Shown: positions 1 through 8,547 of the stretch, piece after piece
How the letters are laid out: the number at the start of each line of letters is the position of its first letter
How positions within the stretch are numbered: position 1 is the first letter of the stretch
Source of the DNA: a candidate division WOR-3 bacterium
Lineage (GTDB): Bacteria > Hydrothermota > 32-111
Assembly: GCA_037481815.1 (NCBI GenBank)
Contig: JBBFKX010000001.1
Span: forward strand, 640,001 to 704,000
Reading direction: 5' to 3'
Length of the DNA: 64,000 nucleotides
Made by a program: the position numbers and the translations under genes
Notes under the pieces: generated by a model
Told to the model about the DNA's origin: nothing
Seen by the model: the letters and a program-made list of their open reading frames with translations, nothing else
Database searches by the model: none

Positions 1-175
1 TCTTCGATTCAGTTAAGATATTTTCAGGGCCATCAAACATTATCTTTGAAATATCATCATTTATTATTTCAGAAGTTCTATCAAAAAGTTTTTTCACTTC
101 AACATTCTGATAAAGGTCAAAACCCATTTTGACATACTGGGAACCCTGACCTGGAAACATTAGCACACTTTTCAT
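1..175 (-). CDS. fabD: malonyl-CoA:ACP transacylase, 5' part (runs off window)
   Basis: Manual translation from ATG at 175: MKSVLMFPGQGSQYVKMGFDLY, the FabD FPGQGSQ motif; directly downstream of fabH. Confidence 0.93.
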   Translation of the reverse strand, partial: MKSVLMFPGQGSQYVKMGFDLYQNVEVKKLFDRTSEIINDDISKIMFDGPENILTESK

Positions 176-176
176 A

Positions 177-1157
177 TCACCACCTTATTACTGACGCACC
201 CCAAGTAAACCCTGCACCAAAAGCATCGATCAAAATTATGTCACCTTTTTTTAAAAGACCGGTTCTGTTCATCTGATCGAGTGCTATTGGAATTGAACCT
301 GCCGATGTGTTCGCAGTTTTATCGATATTCACAAAGACCTTTTCTTTTGGAACTTTAAGATATTTTGCAGTTGTATCTATTATTCTTATATTCGCCTGAT
401 GTGGAATAAACCACCTGACCTCCTCAGATTTTATATTAGCCATCATAAGTGCCTTTTCAGCAGCCATCTGCATAGTATTCACCGCATACTTATAAACTTC
501 GTTTCCCTCCATATGTATGGTATGAAGTTTTTTTTGCACGGTTTCCACAGTTGCAGGATTTCTTGACCCACCCGCTGGTTGATGTAAAAGATTTTCCATA
601 TTTCCATCAGCACCTATGTAGATCGATAGAAGTCCGGATTCATCGTTTGACTCCTCAACAACTGCACATCCAACCCCATCTCCAAAAAGTACACATGTTG
701 ATCTATCACTCCAGTTGGTTACCTTAGAGAGTGTTTCACCTCCAAGAACAAGGATCCTTTTCATCGAGGTTGAATTTATAAGTCCATTTGCAACAGCAAG
801 TCCATAGATAAAACCTGAACATGCAGCGGAAATATCAAACGCAGGTATATTTGGCATATTCAAAGCTTTTTGAACATATATCGCTGTCGAAGGGAAAAGT
901 TTATCCGGTGTAACTGTCCCAAATATTATACAATCTATAGTTTTTGGATCGATATTGAAAGTTTCAAAACATCTTTTTGCTGCTATAACTCCAAGATCAC
1001 TCGTTGCCTGGTCATCGGATGCTATATGTCTTTCCTTGATTCCTGTTCTCTGTGTTATCCATTCATCACTCGTATCAACAATTTTTGCAAGATCATCGTT
1101 TGTTATAACTTTTTCAGGGAGATATGAGCCAGTTGCTATTATTTTAACTCTCTTCAC
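177..1157 (-). CDS. fabH: 3-oxoacyl-ACP synthase III
   Basis: AACSGF, PHQAN, NTSAGSIP, GAGFTWG motifs; start moved to GTG at 1157, preceded by AAGGAG. Confidence 0.96.
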   Translation of the reverse strand: MKRVKIIATGSYLPEKVITNDDLAKIVDTSDEWITQRTGIKERHIASDDQATSDLGVIAAKRCFETFNIDPKTIDCIIFGTVTPDKLFPSTAIYVQKALNMPNIPAFDISAACSGFIYGLAVANGLINSTSMKRILVLGGETLSKVTNWSDRSTCVLFGDGVGCAVVEESNDESGLLSIYIGADGNMENLLHQPAGGSRNPATVETVQKKLHTIHMEGNEVYKYAVNTMQMAAEKALMMANIKSEEVRWFIPHQANIRIIDTTAKYLKVPKEKVFVNIDKTANTSAGSIPIALDQMNRTGLLKKGDIILIDAFGAGFTWGASVIRW

Positions 1158-2187
1158 CTTTACTCCTTTCAAAAATAACCTTTAAATCTTCAACAAGATT
1201 TTTAGAAGCAAGATACTTGGCATTCATAATTCCACTTGCAACAGCTTTTGGATTGGATTTCCCATGACCGATAAGTACAACTCCGTTTATACCAAGAAGT
1301 GGAGCTCCACCATATTCATCATAACTTGCTTTTTTCAGAAATTTCTTTATCGAAAAATAAAAGAAAGGCAAACCCAAAAAACCTGGAGATGAAAGTGTCA
1401 AACCAAGTATAGCAACAGGTAAAGGTTTTAGTGATGTTTTAAGGTTATCTTTAACCCAGTGTATCATACCTTCAGCGAATTTCAAAACGATATTGCCAGT
1501 GAAACCATCTGTAACTATTACGTCAACCTTATCAGTGAAAAAATCACCACCTTCAATGTTTCCATAAAAATTTATGTTTTTATCTTTACTGATAAGTTCA
1601 AAAGCTTTCTGATAAATTACAGATCCTTTTGAGTCCTCTTCTCCTATTGACAACAAGCCAACAAGAGGTCTTTCGATACCCCTCATAATCTTCATATACT
1701 CACTACCAAGTAGAGCAAACTGATAAAGATTTTCAGGTTTTGGATCAGGTGTTGCCCCCAGATCGAGTATCAAAGGATGCTTTCCTATAGGGAAAGTGAA
1801 ACCTAACGCAGGTCTTATAACCCCTTTTATCCTTCCAACCTTTGTTAAAGAGAAAGCGAGTATGACTCCCGTATTTCCCGGAGAGAAGAAAGCATCCGCC
1901 TTCTTTTCTTTTACAAGTTCTAGGCCTTTTGCTATCGAAGAATCTTTTTTGTTCTCAAGTGCCCATGTTGGAGTATCATCCATCGAGACATCGTTTTCAG
2001 ACTCAACTATTTCATATTTTACAGAGAAATCTTTATATTTCTCTTTTAAATATTTTTCTATAAGTTTCTTGTCCCCCACAAAGATGATCGTGTCGTCTCC
2101 GCTCAGTTTCTTTGATGCTATGTAAGCACCAGCCATGTTAACTTCAATTCCTACATCCCCTCCCATAGCATCAAGAACTATTCTCAC
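1144..2187 (-). CDS. plsX: phosphate acyltransferase
   Basis: LDAMGGD N-terminus, DGFTGN, GGAPLLG, GHGKS; rpmF-plsX-fabH synteny. Confidence 0.96.
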   Translation of the reverse strand: MRIVLDAMGGDVGIEVNMAGAYIASKKLSGDDTIIFVGDKKLIEKYLKEKYKDFSVKYEIVESENDVSMDDTPTWALENKKDSSIAKGLELVKEKKADAFFSPGNTGVILAFSLTKVGRIKGVIRPALGFTFPIGKHPLILDLGATPDPKPENLYQFALLGSEYMKIMRGIERPLVGLLSIGEEDSKGSVIYQKAFELISKDKNINFYGNIEGGDFFTDKVDVIVTDGFTGNIVLKFAEGMIHWVKDNLKTSLKPLPVAILGLTLSSPGFLGLPFFYFSIKKFLKKASYDEYGGAPLLGINGVVLIGHGKSNPKAVASGIMNAKYLASKNLVEDLKVIFERSKGEES

Positions 2188-2373
2188 TTATACCTCTTTT
2201 TTAATAGTTATATACTCTTTACCTTTATAGTATCCACAGGATGGACAGATCGAATGTGACTTCGTCAAAGCACCACAATGGGAACAAACTGTCAGAGATG
2301 GTTTAAAAAGTTTCCAGTGAGTTCTTCTTTTTCTTCCTCTTGTTCTCGAATTTCTTCTTTTTGGTACAGCCAT
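2188..2373 (-). CDS. rpmF: 50S ribosomal protein L32 (zinc-binding type)
   Basis: MAVPKRR start, two CxxC motifs, GYYKG. Confidence 0.97.
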   Translation of the reverse strand: MAVPKRRNSRTRGRKRRTHWKLFKPSLTVCSHCGALTKSHSICPSCGYYKGKEYITIKKEV

Positions 2374-2382
2374 TTTTTCCTC

Positions 2383-2826
2383 CTAAATATTATTACATTT
2401 ACATTTTTCATCGTTCAGATTCACTCCACATTTTGGACATATACCTTTACAATCTTCTTTGCAAAGGGTTTTTACAGGGAGTGATGTCACAACTATATCC
2501 TTGATATAATCTGTAATATCACACAGGTAATCTGTGAAGTTTATTATATCAAGTTCATCCCCAAGATAATCCTTCTTTAAAATGAAAAGAACCTTTTCAG
2601 AAAAATTTTTTTTAAATCTTTTAAGACATCTATCACAAATTAGTTCGAGTTGAAAATCGATTCTTCCTTCAAACTCTATCTGTGTTTTGTGAATATTGTT
2701 AACTCTGAATTCACCCTTGATGTAAAGATCCTCATTAAAAAATTCATACTCTTCTTTTCTTATCACCCACTGGAAACACTGATCCGATATACCAGTGGGT
2801 ATGGATGAGATGTTTATATTTATCAT
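2383..2826 (-). CDS. yceD: DUF177/YceD family protein
   Basis: CDRCL and LCKEDCKGICPKCGVNLN motifs; upstream of rpmF. Confidence 0.9.
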   Translation of the reverse strand: MININISSIPTGISDQCFQWVIRKEEYEFFNEDLYIKGEFRVNNIHKTQIEFEGRIDFQLELICDRCLKRFKKNFSEKVLFILKKDYLGDELDIINFTDYLCDITDYIKDIVVTSLPVKTLCKEDCKGICPKCGVNLNDEKCKCNNI

Positions 2827-2835
2827 AAGTTTTTT

Positions 2836-2863
2836 ATTATAACAAGAAAAGTTTAATTGTCAA
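2836..2863 (-). promoter_or_regulatory. sigma70 promoter of yceD operon
   Basis: TTGACA-16-TATAAT with TG extension; -10 ends 9 nt before the ATG. Confidence 0.8.
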
Positions 2864-2901
2864 GTATTCAAAAAGAAAGATTGAGTTATTGACAATCCTA
2901 T

Positions 2902-2936
2902 AAAAAAAACCCGGTTGGAAGCGAGGCCAACCGGTT
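2902..2936 (-). terminator. intrinsic terminator
   Basis: CCGGTTGG/CCAACCGG stem (2911-2918/2927-2934) followed by 8 T on the minus strand. Confidence 0.8.
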
Positions 2937-2962
2937 AGGGAGGGAATATGAGATTGGTATTT
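2902..2962 (-). ncRNA. candidate small RNA (~60 nt)
   Basis: Own promoter upstream; CU-rich 5' part; ends in GC hairpin plus U8. Confidence 0.5.
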
Positions 2963-2968
2963 ACAGGA

Positions 2969-2996
2969 AATATAACGATTTTTTCTTTTTTGTCAA
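2969..2996 (-). promoter_or_regulatory. sigma70 promoter of candidate sRNA
   Basis: TTGACA-16-TATATT on the minus strand. Confidence 0.6.
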
Positions 2997-3254
2997 GAGT
3001 TCACTCATATTTTTTTTTCAAAAAAAGTTTAAATCTCCTAAAAATCAATACTTTTTTGTCAAAAAATCATAGTTTAATTTTTGATTTTTTTTGCTGACCA
3101 TTTTAAGAAACAATTTAAGTTAAAAAAAATAAACACTTATAATTTTTCCACCTGAAATTTGATCTTTTGAATTCTTTTGATAAAGTTTCTATAAATATAA
3201 AAGGTATATTTATTATTATGATCTTCCCAATTTTATAAATTCAAAAAATTTCTA

Positions 3255-3282
3255 TTGACAATTTTGAAATGATTTATATAAT
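3255..3282 (+). promoter_or_regulatory. sigma70 promoter of tRNA-Lys/thrS operon
   Basis: TTGACA-16-TATAAT, 17 nt before tRNA-Lys. Confidence 0.8.
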
Positions 3283-3299
3283 ATTCTTTCTAAAAAATT

Positions 3300-3372
3300 G
3301 GGCCGTTAGCTCAGCAGGTAGAGCATCTGCCTTTTAAGCAGGGGGTCACTGGTTCGAATCCAGTACGGCTCA
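3300..3372 (+). tRNA. tRNA-Lys(TTT)
   Basis: Acceptor GGGCCGT/ACGGCTC, anticodon loop CTTTTAA, GGTTCGAATCC T arm; CCA not encoded. Confidence 0.96.
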
Positions 3373-3392
3373 AGTTTTAATAAGGAGATTTT

Positions 3393-3881
3393 ATGGAATC
3401 TCGGCTCTTTACAAATTTTGAAAAAGACGAAGTTGATAGAATACTCTCCTTTATGAGAAGAAAAAATTTTCAGGAAAACACTTTTATTTTTAAAGAGGGA
3501 GAGAGTGGTGATGAACTTTTTCTCATAGAAAAAGGAGAGGTTGAAATCTTCATCGAAAGAAAAGAAAAAAAGATTTTACTAGCGACCTTATCAAGAGGCG
3601 ATTTTTTTGGAGAGATGGGAATTTTAAGAGGTGATAAAAGATCAGCTTCAGTTCTTTCAAAAACATATCTTGAAACATACACGATATCAAGAAATGAGAT
3701 CGAAAAATTTCTTGATATGTCAAGTAGAATAGCAGCAAAATTTTTTATCAACCTTTCTGAAGTTCTTGCTGAAAGGATCGCAACAACAAACAGAGAAGTT
3801 GAAAACTGGTTTTTGATAAACGATGCGCTTGTAGAAAACGAAACTTTTAGAAACATATATTTTAAAACACACAAAAGATGA
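3393..3881 (+). CDS. stand-alone cyclic nucleotide-binding domain protein
   Basis: IFKEGESGDELFLIEKGEV and GDFFGEMGILRGDKRSASV cNMP motifs; AAGGAG RBS; no HTH evident. Confidence 0.88.
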   Translation: MESRLFTNFEKDEVDRILSFMRRKNFQENTFIFKEGESGDELFLIEKGEVEIFIERKEKKILLATLSRGDFFGEMGILRGDKRSASVLSKTYLETYTISRNEIEKFLDMSSRIAAKFFINLSEVLAERIATTNREVENWFLINDALVENETFRNIYFKTHKR

Positions 3882-3882
3882 T

Positions 3883-3954
3883 GTCTCCATCGTCCAGTGG
3901 TTAGGACACAGCTCTTTCAAGGCTGCGACACGGGTTCGACTCCCGTTGGAGACG
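3883..3954 (+). tRNA. tRNA-Glu(TTC)
   Basis: Acceptor GTCTCCA/TGGAGAC, anticodon loop CTTTCAA, GGTTCGACTCC. Confidence 0.96.
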
Positions 3955-3956
3955 AT

Positions 3957-4033
3957 GGGCGGTTAGCTCAGATGGTCAGAGTGCTTGCTTGACATGCAAG
4001 AGGTCACTGGTTCGACTCCAGTACCGCCCACCA
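3957..4033 (+). tRNA. tRNA-Val(GAC)
   Basis: Acceptor GGGCGGT/ACCGCCC, loop TTGACAT, encoded CCA. Confidence 0.96.
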
Positions 4034-4042
4034 CTTAAGATT

Positions 4043-5983
4043 ATGATAAAAATTAATGATATAGAGTTTGAATTCAAAGAAGGGAATAGAATTTCCGATT
4101 ACTTAAAAAATTCTGGGAATTTCAAAGATAAAAATTATCTTGTCTTTGAAAAAGATGGTAAAATGTATGACCTCAACACAACCGTTGAGGATGGTTCAAA
4201 AATTTTTCTCCATAACTTTGATTCTGAAAAAGGAAAAGATGTTTACTGGCATTCAACTTCACACATCCTCGCAATGGCTGTTAAAATATTCATAAAAAAT
4301 TTGAAAGGTGATGAAAGGATGGTGAAACTTGCAATCGGGCCATCGATAGAAAATGGATTCTATTACGATTTCGAATTCCTCGACTACAAATTTTCAGAAG
4401 AGAACATTCTGGAAATCGAAAAGATAATGAAAGATCTTATAGATGAAGATATACCTTTCAAAAGAGTTGAAATAAAAAAAGAAGAACTTTTAAGAATTTA
4501 TAAAGAAAAAGATGAAAAATTTAAAGTGGAATTGGTTGAGAATCTCGACCAGGAAAATTTAACCTATTATGAAAACCATTCAAAAAAATATGATTACACA
4601 TTCTTTGATCTGTGTCGTGGTCCACATCTTCCCTCTTCAGGTTATATAAAATTTTTCAAACTGATATCAACCGCAGGTGCTTACTGGAGAGGAGATGAGA
4701 ACAAAGAGATGTTAACAAGGATCTACGGAATCTCTTTTCCTGAAAAAAAATTACTCGACGAATTCATCACAAAAATAGAAGAAGCAAAGAAAAGGGATCA
4801 CAGAGTTTTAGGAAAAAAATTGGGGATATTCTCAATATTTGAAGAAACAGGACCCGGACTTGTTTTCTGGAATACAAAAGGTGGAATGATCAGGGATATA
4901 ATCGAAAGGTTCTGGAAGGATGAACATTTAAAAAGAGGCTATCAACTCGTTATCACACCTCATATATCGAAATCTGACTTATGGAAAAGATCTGGTCATT
5001 ACGATTTTTATAAAGAAAATATGTACATTTTCAAAATCGATAACGATGAGTACGTTTTAAAGCCGATGAACTGTCCGGGGCACATTTTGATCTATAAAAC
5101 AAAAATCCATTCTTACAAAGATTTACCTATAAAATTCGCAGAACTCGGGACCGTTTACAGATATGAAAGAAGTGGAACTCTACACGGACTTTTAAGAGTC
5201 AGAGGTTTCACACAGGATGATGGGCATATATTCTGTACACCGGATCAGTTAAAGGATGAGGTTGAAAAAGTTTACGATTTTGCGATCTTCATGATAAAAA
5301 AATTTGGATATGAAAAATTTTATGTTGAACTATCAACTATGGATCGAGAACATCCTGAAAATTATGCAGGAACCATCGAAGAATGGGATTTTGCACAAGA
5401 AAGTTTAAAAGAAGTTCTTTTAAAAAAACATGTTGATTTTAAAGAGATGCCCGGTGAAGCGGTTTTCTATGGTCCAAAAATAGATATTAAACTTGAGGAT
5501 GCTATTGGAAGAAAATGGCAGGGACCAACGATCCAATTTGATTTCAATCTACCAAGAAGGTTTGATGTGACATATGTAGGTGACGATAACAAAGAGCATT
5601 ATGTTTACATGATCCATAGAGCTTTGTTGGGTTCACTTGAAAGGTTCATCGGCGGTCTTATAGAAAATTATGCCGGGAAATTTCCTTTATGGCTTTCTCC
5701 TGTTCAGGTATCAGTGTTAACCGTTGGAGAGAATTCTGTTGACTATGCGAAAAATTTATGTAAAATATTTGAAGAAAAAAATATAAGGTACACAGTTGAC
5801 TTTTCCGATGAAAAGATCAACAGCAAGATAAAAAGAGCAGAGGAAGAAAATGTTCCTTTCATGTTGATAATCGGAAAAAAAGAGATGGAAGAGAAAAAAC
5901 TGAGTGTTAGAATGAAAGGACATGGAGATCTTGGAAAGAAGAGTTATGAAGAATTTTTAAAACTCTTCTATGAAAATCTTTAA
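4043..5983 (+). CDS. thrS: threonine--tRNA ligase
   Basis: HSTSHILA, DLCRGPH, KPMNCPGH, FYGPKID, HRALLGSLERF; start moved to ATG 4043 because the ORF-track start lies inside tRNA-Val. Confidence 0.97.
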   Translation: MIKINDIEFEFKEGNRISDYLKNSGNFKDKNYLVFEKDGKMYDLNTTVEDGSKIFLHNFDSEKGKDVYWHSTSHILAMAVKIFIKNLKGDERMVKLAIGPSIENGFYYDFEFLDYKFSEENILEIEKIMKDLIDEDIPFKRVEIKKEELLRIYKEKDEKFKVELVENLDQENLTYYENHSKKYDYTFFDLCRGPHLPSSGYIKFFKLISTAGAYWRGDENKEMLTRIYGISFPEKKLLDEFITKIEEAKKRDHRVLGKKLGIFSIFEETGPGLVFWNTKGGMIRDIIERFWKDEHLKRGYQLVITPHISKSDLWKRSGHYDFYKENMYIFKIDNDEYVLKPMNCPGHILIYKTKIHSYKDLPIKFAELGTVYRYERSGTLHGLLRVRGFTQDDGHIFCTPDQLKDEVEKVYDFAIFMIKKFGYEKFYVELSTMDREHPENYAGTIEEWDFAQESLKEVLLKKHVDFKEMPGEAVFYGPKIDIKLEDAIGRKWQGPTIQFDFNLPRRFDVTYVGDDNKEHYVYMIHRALLGSLERFIGGLIENYAGKFPLWLSPVQVSVLTVGENSVDYAKNLCKIFEEKNIRYTVDFSDEKINSKIKRAEEENVPFMLIIGKKEMEEKKLSVRMKGHGDLGKKSYEEFLKLFYENL

Positions 5984-5984
5984 A

Positions 5985-6080
5985 AGAAGAAGCAAAACAC
6001 CGCTTCTCGCCTTAAGCATAAGCGAAAAGGCTAAATAAAAAAATTAAAGAAGGGTGGTTTTGCCATCCTTTTATTTTTTT
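5985..6080 (+). promoter_or_regulatory. L20 (infC-rpmI-rplT) leader with attenuator hairpin
   Basis: AGAAGC-N8-GCTTCTC hairpin resembling the known L20 leader, then AAGGGTGGT/GCCATCCTT stem plus T run; upstream of infC. Confidence 0.7.
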
Positions 6081-6092
6081 AAGGAGGTTTTT

Positions 6093-6683
6093 ATCAATAC
6101 AAAAAATGTAAGAATCAACAATCAGATAAGAGCAAGAGAGGTTCGACTCATAGGTGAAAATGGAGAATCGTTAGGTATAGTTTCAATCGATGAAGCGTTA
6201 AGAAAAGCGGAAGAGGCAGAACTCGATCTTGTTGAAATAGCACCAAACGCGAATCCTCCTGTTGTGAGGATAATGGATTTCGGTAAGTATATGTACGAGA
6301 TGACCAAAAAAGAAAAAACAGCAAAAAAGAAACAGCATCAAACTGAAATAAAAGAGATACATTTCAGACCATCAATTTTCGAACATGATCTTGATATAAA
6401 GATCAACCAGGCAAGAAAATTTTTTGAAAAGAAAAACAAAGTCAGGTTTGTTGTAATGTTCAGGGGAAGAGAGATGCAACATTTTAATGATGGGCTGAAA
6501 ATACTTGAAAAGGTTAAAGAGAAAATTTCGGATATAGCAGTTGAAGATTCAGAACCAAAGATTGAAGGTAGAAGGATTTTCCAGATCTTCTCTTTCAGCA
6601 AGGATGGTTCAAAGAAAAAGAAAAAAGAGGAGGAACAAAATGCCAAAGTTGAAAACGAAAAAGACCGTAGCGAAGAGGTTTAA
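6093..6683 (+). CDS. infC: translation initiation factor IF-3 (ATC start)
   Basis: [40 protein letters not shown] precedes ATC at 6093. Confidence 0.95.
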   Translation: MNTKNVRINNQIRAREVRLIGENGESLGIVSIDEALRKAEEAELDLVEIAPNANPPVVRIMDFGKYMYEMTKKEKTAKKKQHQTEIKEIHFRPSIFEHDLDIKINQARKFFEKKNKVRFVVMFRGREMQHFNDGLKILEKVKEKISDIAVEDSEPKIEGRRIFQIFSFSKDGSKKKKKEEEQNAKVENEKDRSEEV

Positions 6684-6834
6684 ACTCACAAAAAGTGGGA
6701 AAGTAAAAAGACAGAGAGCTTATAAATCACATATTTTAACAAAAAAATCCTCGAAAAGAAAAAGAAAATTGAGAAGAGGAACGATAACGGACAAAACGAA
6801 TGTTAAAGCGATAAAAATGGTGTTGCATAATTAA
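6640..6834 (+). CDS. rpmI: 50S ribosomal protein L35
   Basis: [35 protein letters not shown] before ATG 6640. Confidence 0.97.
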   Translation: MPKLKTKKTVAKRFKLTKSGKVKRQRAYKSHILTKKSSKRKRKLRRGTITDKTNVKAIKMVLHN

Positions 6835-6848
6835 TACAGGAGGATCAA

Positions 6849-7199
6849 ATGACAAGAGTAAAGAATTCACCGGTGACAAGAGCAAGAAGAAAAAAATGGA
6901 TTAAAAGAGCTTCTGGTTCTTTTGGAAAAAAATCGAATGCATATAAATCTGCAAGATCTGCTGCTACAAAAGCGCTCGTGTATGCATACAGAGATAGAAA
7001 AAAGAAAAAATCTGAAATGAGATCTTTATGGATAACAAGGATCAACATCGCATGTAGAGAAAATGATATTTCCTATTCTAAATTTATAAACGGATTGAAA
7101 AAATCAAACGTTCTGCTTGATAGAAAACAGTTATCAGAGATAGCAATACATCAACCAGATGTGTTTAAAGAACTTGTCAAAATCGCTAAATCTGTTTAG
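6849..7199 (+). CDS. rplT: 50S ribosomal protein L20
   Basis: MTRVK, YAYRDRK, LWITRIN, LDRKQLSEIA. Confidence 0.97.
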   Translation: MTRVKNSPVTRARRKKWIKRASGSFGKKSNAYKSARSAATKALVYAYRDRKKKKSEMRSLWITRINIACRENDISYSKFINGLKKSNVLLDRKQLSEIAIHQPDVFKELVKIAKSV

Positions 7200-7833
7200 T
7201 TTTGTTTTGATCCTTCTTATCCTAACCGGATGTATAGAGCAGAAAAGGAAGGTAAAAACATTCAATCCCATGCCTTTAACTTCAGGGCAGTTTGTAGAGT
7301 ATGTGAAAGATTCGATACCATACGACTCTTTACATATAAGGTTTCTTTTACTCGAACTTGACCCAAAAGGTTTTTTACTTGAAACCGATTATGTAACTCC
7401 AAAAGAAACTTTAAAGATCAAAACGTTTCATAATATAGATGATAACTATCTTATAGATACTTTTACCGTTCAATACAACAATGATACACCTTTAAAATTT
7501 ATAAATCCGGGGGGCAATTTTATATTTGACTCCCCTATCTCAAACATAATGTTATGGAAAAATTATGTTGATTCAACTAACTGGAGGAGTTTCAATTTAA
7601 AAAATAAAAACTATATAGTTTTTCCTGTAAAGGTTAACTCAGATTCGGTTTACTATTGTGCTGATATACCTGTTTTCAATTTTTTGAGAATGAGGATAAA
7701 AAATCAGATCTTAACAGCTGAACGGTATGGAAACAAGGGAGAAAACTCATATTTTTCAAATGAAAAGGAAAAGGTTTTCTCCGGTGGAGATGTTGAATTA
7801 CCAGAAAATTTAAAAAAAGAATTTAAACCTTGA
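7159..7833 (+). CDS. hypothetical lipoprotein
   Basis: Hydrophobic N-terminus ending in LTGC lipobox; start codon uncertain. Confidence 0.65.
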   Translation: MCLKNLSKSLNLFSFVLILLILTGCIEQKRKVKTFNPMPLTSGQFVEYVKDSIPYDSLHIRFLLLELDPKGFLLETDYVTPKETLKIKTFHNIDDNYLIDTFTVQYNNDTPLKFINPGGNFIFDSPISNIMLWKNYVDSTNWRSFNLKNKNYIVFPVKVNSDSVYYCADIPVFNFLRMRIKNQILTAERYGNKGENSYFSNEKEKVFSGGDVELPENLKKEFKP

Positions 7834-7857
7834 CAATGGTTTAAAATGCTCTAATAT
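7830..7857 (+). promoter_or_regulatory. sigma70 promoter upstream of zapB-like/zapA
   Basis: TTGACA-16-TAATAT. Confidence 0.55.
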
Positions 7858-7873
7858 TATTATTGGAGGAAGA

Positions 7874-8056
7874 ATGGACAATTTTCTGGAAAAACTTGAT
7901 AAACTGAGCAAATATATAGAAGATTTAACTGCAAAATTGAAAGTGCTTGAAGAAGAGAATAACAGGTTGAAAAACAAACTTGAAAAGATTGAAAAAAGGG
8001 ATGAAGAAGCACTTGCAAAACTTGAAGAAGTTTTAAAAAAGATTGATGATCTTTGA
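7874..8056 (+). CDS. small coiled-coil protein, ZapB-like
   Basis: 60-aa heptad-rich sequence, GGGAGG RBS, directly upstream of zapA. Confidence 0.7.
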   Translation: MDNFLEKLDKLSKYIEDLTAKLKVLEEENNRLKNKLEKIEKRDEEALAKLEEVLKKIDDL

Positions 8057-8077
8057 TTTTTTCAGGGATAATAAACT

Positions 8078-8347
8078 ATGTCTAAAAATGAAACAAGAGA
8101 ATTAACTTTACATATTTTCGGTAAGGACTTTTTTATAATGACCGATGCTGATGAGGAGTACACCAAAAAGGTTGCCGAATATCTTACCGATGAGATGAAC
8201 AGTATTGCAAAAAATTTTTCTGGTGAAAAATATGAAAAGATCGTTGTTATCGCATCTTTGAACATTATAGATAAATATTTCACACTGCAAAAACAGTATG
8301 AAGAGATGGAAGAAAAGCTAAACGATCTTCTTGAGAAAATAAAATAG
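8078..8347 (+). CDS. zapA: cell division protein ZapA
   Basis: LHIFGKDF, EEYTKKVAEYL, IASLNI pattern; zapA-6S-rny context. Confidence 0.85.
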   Translation: MSKNETRELTLHIFGKDFFIMTDADEEYTKKVAEYLTDEMNSIAKNFSGEKYEKIVVIASLNIIDKYFTLQKQYEEMEEKLNDLLEKIK

Positions 8348-8352
8348 TTTAT

Positions 8353-8529
8353 ATATCCCTGCTTTACTTGTGATCGTATATTTTGCTGAACCAACACAAT
8401 GAGTTAGGGAACCGGAAACGACACTATTAGCAAAATTCCTCTTTATGGAATTGTCGTGAAAGTGTCTTAAGGTACCCACCTTTTATTAAGGGCTCAAGCA
8501 AATAATACACACGGTACAAGCGGGGATTT
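8353..8529 (+). ncRNA. ssrS: 6S RNA
   Basis: ~175-nt intergenic with complementary ends ATCCCTGC/GCGGGGAT forming a long rod; canonical position after zapA. Confidence 0.85.
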
Positions 8530-8547
8530 TTATTAAGGAGTTTAATT

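Noticed and set aside
3000..3250. Replication origin in the AT-rich intergenic region
   Set aside because: No cluster of TTATCCACA-type DnaA boxes and no dnaA/dnaN context
3300..4033. Integrated element at the tRNA cluster (also checked at 43716-43873)
   Set aside because: No duplicated tRNA 3' end, integrase or compositional island seen
3989..4042. N-terminal extension of thrS in the ORF track
   Set aside because: It overlaps tRNA-Val; ATG 4043 is the plausible start
8062..8397. Minus-strand ORF over zapA/6S
   Set aside because: Antisense to well-supported zapA and 6S RNA
8353..8529. Riboswitch upstream of rny
   Set aside because: End-to-end pairing, length and zapA context fit 6S RNA better
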